IMG/VR virus record: IMGVR_UViG_3300020470_000052
Location: 1 to 40,342 of that record
Strand: one strand, 5' to 3'
Origin: a virus
Taxonomy: Duplodnaviria > Caudoviricetes
Length of the DNA stretch: 40,342 nucleotides
The notes beneath the pieces were generated by a model that was not told the DNA's origin, searched no databases, and saw only the letters and a list, made by a program, of their open reading frames with translations. Every line of letters begins with the position of its first letter. Positions within the stretch are counted from its first letter, which is position 1. Both the position numbers and the translations under genes were made by a program. Shown one piece after another: positions 35,623 to 40,342 of this stretch.

Positions 35623-36132
35623 ATGGGAAGTATTAATCTAGGCTCTAACGGAACCATCACAAATTTAGCCGTAGGTGGTTTACCTGATAATACCGTTGAT
35701 AACGGTACAATGGCAGATGATACTGTTGGTATCGCTGAATTATCTGCTACAGGTACAGCAAGTTCCTCTACTTATTTAAGAGGGGACAACACATGGGCAG
35801 AGGCAGGTGGTCAGTGTAAGGCTTGGTGTAATTTCGATGGTACTGGAACAATTGCGATTAGAGATAGTTTTAATGTTAGTTCGTTAACTGACAGAGGTAT
35901 GGGTGAATACACTGTAAATTTTGCGACTGACTTCGCTGATGATGATTTTGCTTTTGTTGGTACTGCTGCAAACTATGAAGGAACTAACTCTGATTCCTAT
36001 ATGAGTCTTTCCGCAGAGAAAGCAGGATTTAATGTAGGGTATGTTCAATTTTGTACGCAAAGGTTAAGATTTGATCAACAACCACCTCAAAAGAAAGACC
36101 CAGAAACTATTGGGGTAGCAGTTTTCCGATGA
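35623..36132 (+). CDS. Tail fibre-associated protein
   Basis: LAVGGLPD, TYLRGDNTW, KAWCNFDGTGTIAIRDSFNVSSLTD.G.Y.VNF. Confidence 0.75.
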   Translation: MGSINLGSNGTITNLAVGGLPDNTVDNGTMADDTVGIAELSATGTASSSTYLRGDNTWAEAGGQCKAWCNFDGTGTIAIRDSFNVSSLTDRGMGEYTVNFATDFADDDFAFVGTAANYEGTNSDSYMSLSAEKAGFNVGYVQFCTQRLRFDQQPPQKKDPETIGVAVFR

Positions 36133-36542
36133 CTAAAATCATTTATTCAGACTCAGAAGGAAGAGCGCAAATCATTACTCCAGCAGGAGATGTAAATGAT
36201 GCGATAAAAGACGTTCCTTCTGGAGTACCTTACGAGATTGTAGAGGATGACAAGATACCTACAGATCGTACATTTAGAAATGCTTGGGTTAAAGGTTCTG
36301 GTGTAGTTACAGAAGATGTACCAAAAGCTAAAACATTAGCCCATGAAGCAAGAAGAGCTAAAAGGAAATCTGAATTTAAACCTTATGATGAAATCATTTC
36401 TCTAAATATCCCTGGTCAAGATGCAACGGCAGCAGAGACAGAACGAGTTAAGATAAGAACAAAGTATGAAACCATGCAAACCAACATAGATAATGCAACC
36501 GATATAGCTGGTATCAAGACAGCTTTAGGAGGTGCAGAATAA
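36129..36542 (+). CDS. Tail fibre assembly/chaperone-like protein
   Basis: KDVPSG.PY.IV...PTDRTFRNAW; follows a fibre gene. Confidence 0.7.
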   Translation: MTKIIYSDSEGRAQIITPAGDVNDAIKDVPSGVPYEIVEDDKIPTDRTFRNAWVKGSGVVTEDVPKAKTLAHEARRAKRKSEFKPYDEIISLNIPGQDATAAETERVKIRTKYETMQTNIDNATDIAGIKTALGGAE

Positions 36543-37177
36543 TGGGAGCAGTAAAGATTACAGCAGCGAACGGGGGTGGCTCAACAGAACTACAAGGACC
36601 AGCTAATACTGCTGCCAACACAGTTCTAAAACTCCCTGATTCCGATGGCTCCGCAGGCCAAGTTTTGAAAACCGACGGAAATGGAAATTTAAGTTGGTAC
36701 ACTATACCTGCGGGAGGTATATCTGAATTTGATCAGTGGGCAATAACAGGAGATGTTACTTCCTCAACAGATCCCGTTACAAGTTGGGCTAGACAAAACA
36801 ATACAGCATTCGGCTCAAACCCATATTTAGGAACAGGTATGTCGCATTCAAGTGGTATATTTACTTTCCCATCAACAGGTTATTGGTTAGTGATGTGGGC
36901 TGGTGGAATATTTGTTGGAGGTAGTGATTCAGGTGTTGGTTTTAATTTATGTACTACAAATGATAACGGTAGTAACTGGACACAATTCACCAATATAGAT
37001 GAAGGTGGAAGTGGAAATCATGGTCATTCGACTGATCAAGCAATGCTAGATATTACCGATGTAAGTAATCAAAAAATCAAATTTCTTTTAGGAAGTGTTT
37101 CTTCAAACAGTAAATTAAAAGGAAGTACAGCAACTCATATGTCTAATGCAATGTTTATTAGAATAGGAGACACCTAA
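36542..37177 (+). CDS. Tail fibre-associated protein
   Basis: LPDSDGSAGQVLKTDGNGNLSW; GIFTFPSTGYW; C-terminal FIRIGDT. Confidence 0.75.
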   Translation: MGAVKITAANGGGSTELQGPANTAANTVLKLPDSDGSAGQVLKTDGNGNLSWYTIPAGGISEFDQWAITGDVTSSTDPVTSWARQNNTAFGSNPYLGTGMSHSSGIFTFPSTGYWLVMWAGGIFVGGSDSGVGFNLCTTNDNGSNWTQFTNIDEGGSGNHGHSTDQAMLDITDVSNQKIKFLLGSVSSNSKLKGSTATHMSNAMFIRIGDT

Positions 37178-38283
37178 TGAGTCAGCTAGATGTAAACGCA
37201 ATCAGGTCAACTAACGGCACAGGTGATGCTATATCCCTTACGGCTGCTGATAAGACCTGTACTGCAAATATCATTAATTTTCCCCATAGAAATTTACTGT
37301 TTAATGGGGCGATGAACGTATCACAAAGAAATGATGCAACTTCAGCAAATGTTGAGTCTGCGAATACTTCTAACCACTCTTATGTTTTAGATAGATGGCA
37401 AGTTTCTAATGCTAACGGTGGTGGTACTTTTGCAGTTCAACAAGTAGAAGATGGTCCAGCAGGATTCAATTATTCACAAAAAATTACAACTAGTGTAGCT
37501 GATGATGGAGGTGCAGATAGTTTCTGTGTAGTACAACAAAGAATAGAAGGATATAACGGTAATCATTTAGAATTTGGAACTGCAAATGCTAAAACAGTTA
37601 CGATATCTTTTTGGGTTAAAAGTAGCTTAACAGGAACTTTTGGAGCATCTTTAGTTGCTGGAAATTACGATAAAATGTATGTCTTTCAGTACACTATAAG
37701 TTCTCCAAATAATTGGGAAAAGAAAACAGTCACTATTGCTGGACCTACTTCTGGAGGAACATACTATAAAACTAATAGTAGATATTGTGTTTTATACTTT
37801 GACCTTGGTAGTGGTAGTGATGGAGAAGCTTCAGCAGCTAATGACTGGGCTGCTACAGGTACTTGGATGTATGGACATCGTATTGCTGGAAATCAAAAAG
37901 TCTCTACAAATGCTAATGCAACTTGGCAAATAACAGGCGTTCAGATGGAAGTTTCAGACTACGGTGCTACTGACTTTGAACATAGATCATACGGTGATGA
38001 ATTAGCTAAGTGTCAGAGATACTTTTATAAAGTAAAAGGTTCTGGTAATTATATGCATCTTTATACAATTAGACAGTACGACAACATTAAACGTATGACT
38101 GTTCAGCATCCTGTAGAGATGAGAGCTGCACCATCTTGTACATTTGATACAGTTAGCGAAGATAATGGAGGAACAATTAGTGCTAACTGGACAAGTCAGT
38201 ATTGGATGCAATGGGCACAATCTGGTGGTACATCAGCTCAAGCTGGAAGTGTCTCTGAATTTTCAGTTAGTGCGGAGCTTTAA
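37177..38283 (+). CDS. Tail fibre-associated carbohydrate-binding-like protein
   Basis: RNLLFNGAMNVSQR, DRW, QRIEG, TISFWVKS, ATDFEHRSYGDELAKCQRYF, SAEL end. Confidence 0.78.
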   Translation: MSQLDVNAIRSTNGTGDAISLTAADKTCTANIINFPHRNLLFNGAMNVSQRNDATSANVESANTSNHSYVLDRWQVSNANGGGTFAVQQVEDGPAGFNYSQKITTSVADDGGADSFCVVQQRIEGYNGNHLEFGTANAKTVTISFWVKSSLTGTFGASLVAGNYDKMYVFQYTISSPNNWEKKTVTIAGPTSGGTYYKTNSRYCVLYFDLGSGSDGEASAANDWAATGTWMYGHRIAGNQKVSTNANATWQITGVQMEVSDYGATDFEHRSYGDELAKCQRYFYKVKGSGNYMHLYTIRQYDNIKRMTVQHPVEMRAAPSCTFDTVSEDNGGTISANWTSQYWMQWAQSGGTSAQAGSVSEFSVSAEL

Positions 38284-38285
38284 CT

Positions 38286-38444
38286 ATGTCTTATAAATTA
38301 TTAAAAGATGCCTTAACAAATAAAGAGGCTAATACAATTTTGAATAAAACAACAGGAGCATATATTCCAAAGGATGCTGCTAACACCGATTACCAAGAAT
38401 ATTTAGAATGGGCTAAGACCAACACTCCAGAGGAGGCTGACTAA
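38286..38444 (+). CDS. Small fibre chaperone-like protein, 52 aa
   Basis: Hand translation ...YIPKDAANTDYQEYLEWAKTNTPEEAD*; TAATG-coupled to next gene. Confidence 0.75.
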   Translation: MSYKLLKDALTNKEANTILNKTTGAYIPKDAANTDYQEYLEWAKTNTPEEAD

Positions 38445-40216
38445 TGGGACAGACTAATGTTAACAAGGATGGTCTTGCTCACGGAGATGCAAACAGTGAT
38501 GGCAAGTTTTTAAGAAGTAATAACGGGGCTGCCCCTAGCTGGGAAACAGTAGATCAAACTACTATTCCAGTATCTGATGAAAGTACAGATACTGAATGTT
38601 TCCCTGTATTTACTACAGGGGCAACAGGTGATCAAGCTCCTAAGACCAATATAGATTTTAAGTTGAATGCCAATACTGGTCATCTCAACATACAATCAAT
38701 CACCTTAGATAAGGTCGGAGGCAATACATATAATGGGACACTCAGTTGGATAGGTGCAGGTAGTACTGCTGCGGGAACATATGCAGGACATTTAGATGGT
38801 AATGGTGTCTATCTAAGTTCTGTTGCTGGTGGACCATGCAGCCTAAGATTTGGTGGTAATAGTGATAATGATTATGTAGGTTTCAAAAGTGCAGGTTCAT
38901 CCTTGCCTGCTGGAACACAAGTAATATGGGAACTTCCTTCAGCAGATGGTTCCGCTAATCAAGTTTTAAAAACTTCCGGATCAGGAGTATTAAGTTGGAC
39001 TGACCATGCAACTGATGCAGGCCAATTAGCAACAGGTACTACGGCAGAACGTCCAGGCAGTCCTAGTGCAGGTGCATGTAGGCTCAATACAGATACTAAA
39101 AGCTTTGAATATTACAACGGTCAAGATTGGGTCTTTACTCATCTAACACCAAGTCTTGATGGAGTCAGTGGCAATATTGAATCAGGTCAAACAGGGAACT
39201 TAACTCTTACTGTTTCTAGTAACACTTCAACAATTGATGTTGTTTATAAAGAAGGAAGCACAGTTCTTGCAACAGTTACAGGACAATCAGTATCTAGTGG
39301 AACCGTTACAGTTGCAACTCCTGCTGCTGTATATGGAAAATCAGTCGGTGACACAATTGTCATCAGTATTAAAAACACTGATATTTCAGGTACTCCTTCT
39401 CAGAATAGTGTAAGTAAAACTGTTGTAGGAATAGCAACAGGAGGAACTGTTACTACATATACAAGTGGTGGCACTAATTATAAAGTTCATAAATTTAATA
39501 CCTCTGATGATCTAGTAGTCCCAAGTGGTCTTACTCTTTCCAACGTAACCATGATTGTTTGTGCTGGAGGCGGTTCTTCTGGTCAAGGTGGTAATGGTGG
39601 TGGAGGAGGAGGCGGCGGCGGTGGCGGCTGCTCAGGTGAAGTAACCATTTCTTCTATTACTGCTGGTACTTATGCAATAACTATTGGAGCAGGTGGAGCG
39701 GCTGCCAATGGTGGTGACACAACAGTTCCTAATGGATTACAGGGAGACTGCGGAGCAACACAGTGGAATAGCGGAGTATTTAAAGGCGGTGGTCGTGGCG
39801 GCTGGGGTAGTGGAGCATCAGGAAGTGATGGCGGATCTGGTGGTGGTGGAAACCCTATTAATGGTGGAGCTGGTGGAATATTGGTTGCAGGTCAAGGTTA
39901 TGTCGGAGGTTGGGTTGGAGCTTTAAACCAAGGTGACAACGGTTGTGCTGGTGGAGGTGGATACGGTGGAAAAGGTACTGATGCCGCTTGGGCAAATACA
40001 GGTAGGCCAGGTGGCCCAGGACTAGATTCAGATATTGTTGACGGCTCGACGACTGTTGAATATTGTGCAGGTGGTCTCGGAGGTAATGGTAGTTATTGGG
40101 CAAACAATGCGGTTGCTGGTCCTGCCAATACAGGAGAAGGGGCTAGAGGCCCAAGTGTTAACCGATCCGCCGCTAATGGTGGTTCAGGTGTAGTCATTCT
40201 TAGGTACGCTGTTTAA
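38444..40216 (+). CDS. Glycine-rich tail fibre/adhesin-like protein
   Basis: LPSADGSANQVLKT, GTTAERP, ATGG...YKVHKF, poly-Gly tracts, GGSGVVILRY end. Confidence 0.8.
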   Translation: MGQTNVNKDGLAHGDANSDGKFLRSNNGAAPSWETVDQTTIPVSDESTDTECFPVFTTGATGDQAPKTNIDFKLNANTGHLNIQSITLDKVGGNTYNGTLSWIGAGSTAAGTYAGHLDGNGVYLSSVAGGPCSLRFGGNSDNDYVGFKSAGSSLPAGTQVIWELPSADGSANQVLKTSGSGVLSWTDHATDAGQLATGTTAERPGSPSAGACRLNTDTKSFEYYNGQDWVFTHLTPSLDGVSGNIESGQTGNLTLTVSSNTSTIDVVYKEGSTVLATVTGQSVSSGTVTVATPAAVYGKSVGDTIVISIKNTDISGTPSQNSVSKTVVGIATGGTVTTYTSGGTNYKVHKFNTSDDLVVPSGLTLSNVTMIVCAGGGSSGQGGNGGGGGGGGGGGCSGEVTISSITAGTYAITIGAGGAAANGGDTTVPNGLQGDCGATQWNSGVFKGGGRGGWGSGASGSDGGSGGGGNPINGGAGGILVAGQGYVGGWVGALNQGDNGCAGGGGYGGKGTDAAWANTGRPGGPGLDSDIVDGSTTVEYCAGGLGGNGSYWANNAVAGPANTGEGARGPSVNRSAANGGSGVVILRYAV

Positions 40217-40220
40217 TCCT

Positions 40221-40342
40221 ATGTCACATTTCGCAAAAGTTGAAGACGGCAAAGTCACCAACGTAATTGTCGCAGAACAGGAGTTTATTGATAAGCTGCC
40301 TGATAAAGACAAATGGGTTCAAACTTCATATAACACTTATGG
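40221..40342 (+). CDS. Partial conserved phage protein following the glycine-rich gene (runs off right edge)
   Basis: MSHFAKVEDGKVTNVIVAEQEFIDKLPDKDKWVQTSYNTY... Confidence 0.75.
   Translation, partial: MSHFAKVEDGKVTNVIVAEQEFIDKLPDKDKWVQTSYNTY

Larger units (their letters stand above)
1..40342. mobile_element. Bacteriophage genome segment: podovirus-like virion arm plus lambdoid replication/recombination arm, probable marine cyanophage
   Basis: Terminase, portal, capsid, tail tube, internal virion and fibre genes in BPP-1/T7-like order; RecT/YqaJ/DnaC/RusA on the opposite strand; no host housekeeping genes. Confidence 0.97.

Noticed and set aside
32980-40342. BPP-1-type diversity-generating retroelement
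   Set aside because: No reverse transcriptase and no template/variable repeat pair noticed; it could lie outside the window.
1-40342. tRNA/rRNA genes, integrase, RNA or DNA polymerase, endolysin, psbA/hli
   Set aside because: None recognised by eye; absence is provisional because both window ends cut genes.

Overview
The window is most of a tailed dsDNA phage genome, AT-rich (about 35-40% GC by eye), with both ends cutting genes. Small cyanophage-type proteins at the left end suggest a marine cyanobacterial host, possibly Prochlorococcus; this is inference from recalled families, not a search. Layout: (i) 1-2423, secreted/membrane proteins and micro-ORFs, including an NblA-like candidate; (ii) 2477-8927 on the minus strand, a lambdoid early/replication arm (YqaJ exonuclease, RecT, DUF1376/YdaU initiator with internal repeats, DnaC-like loader, RusA, SSB-like, NrdR-like zinc ribbon); (iii) about 8100-9550, a divergent control region with three 19-bp palindromic operators and one Cro-like HTH gene; (iv) 9507-40342 on the plus strand, a BPP-1/T7-like podovirus packaging and virion arm (TerS, TerL, 2OG-Fe(II) hydroxylase, GNAT, portal, scaffold, capsid, tail tube proteins, three internal virion proteins, several tail-fibre genes). 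I recognise no cI, integrase, RNA polymerase, DNA polymerase or reverse transcriptase. The main signals are: a four-copy non-canonical late-promoter motif GTGTRACCGTRA-N16-TAnnnT; a 3018-aa internal virion protein carrying three ADP-ribosyltransferase-like domains and an HhH-glycosylase-like domain ahead of an HExxH metallopeptidase, with short Gln-ending motifs at the domain joints; and the operator trio. All functional calls rest on motif recognition and gene order only.
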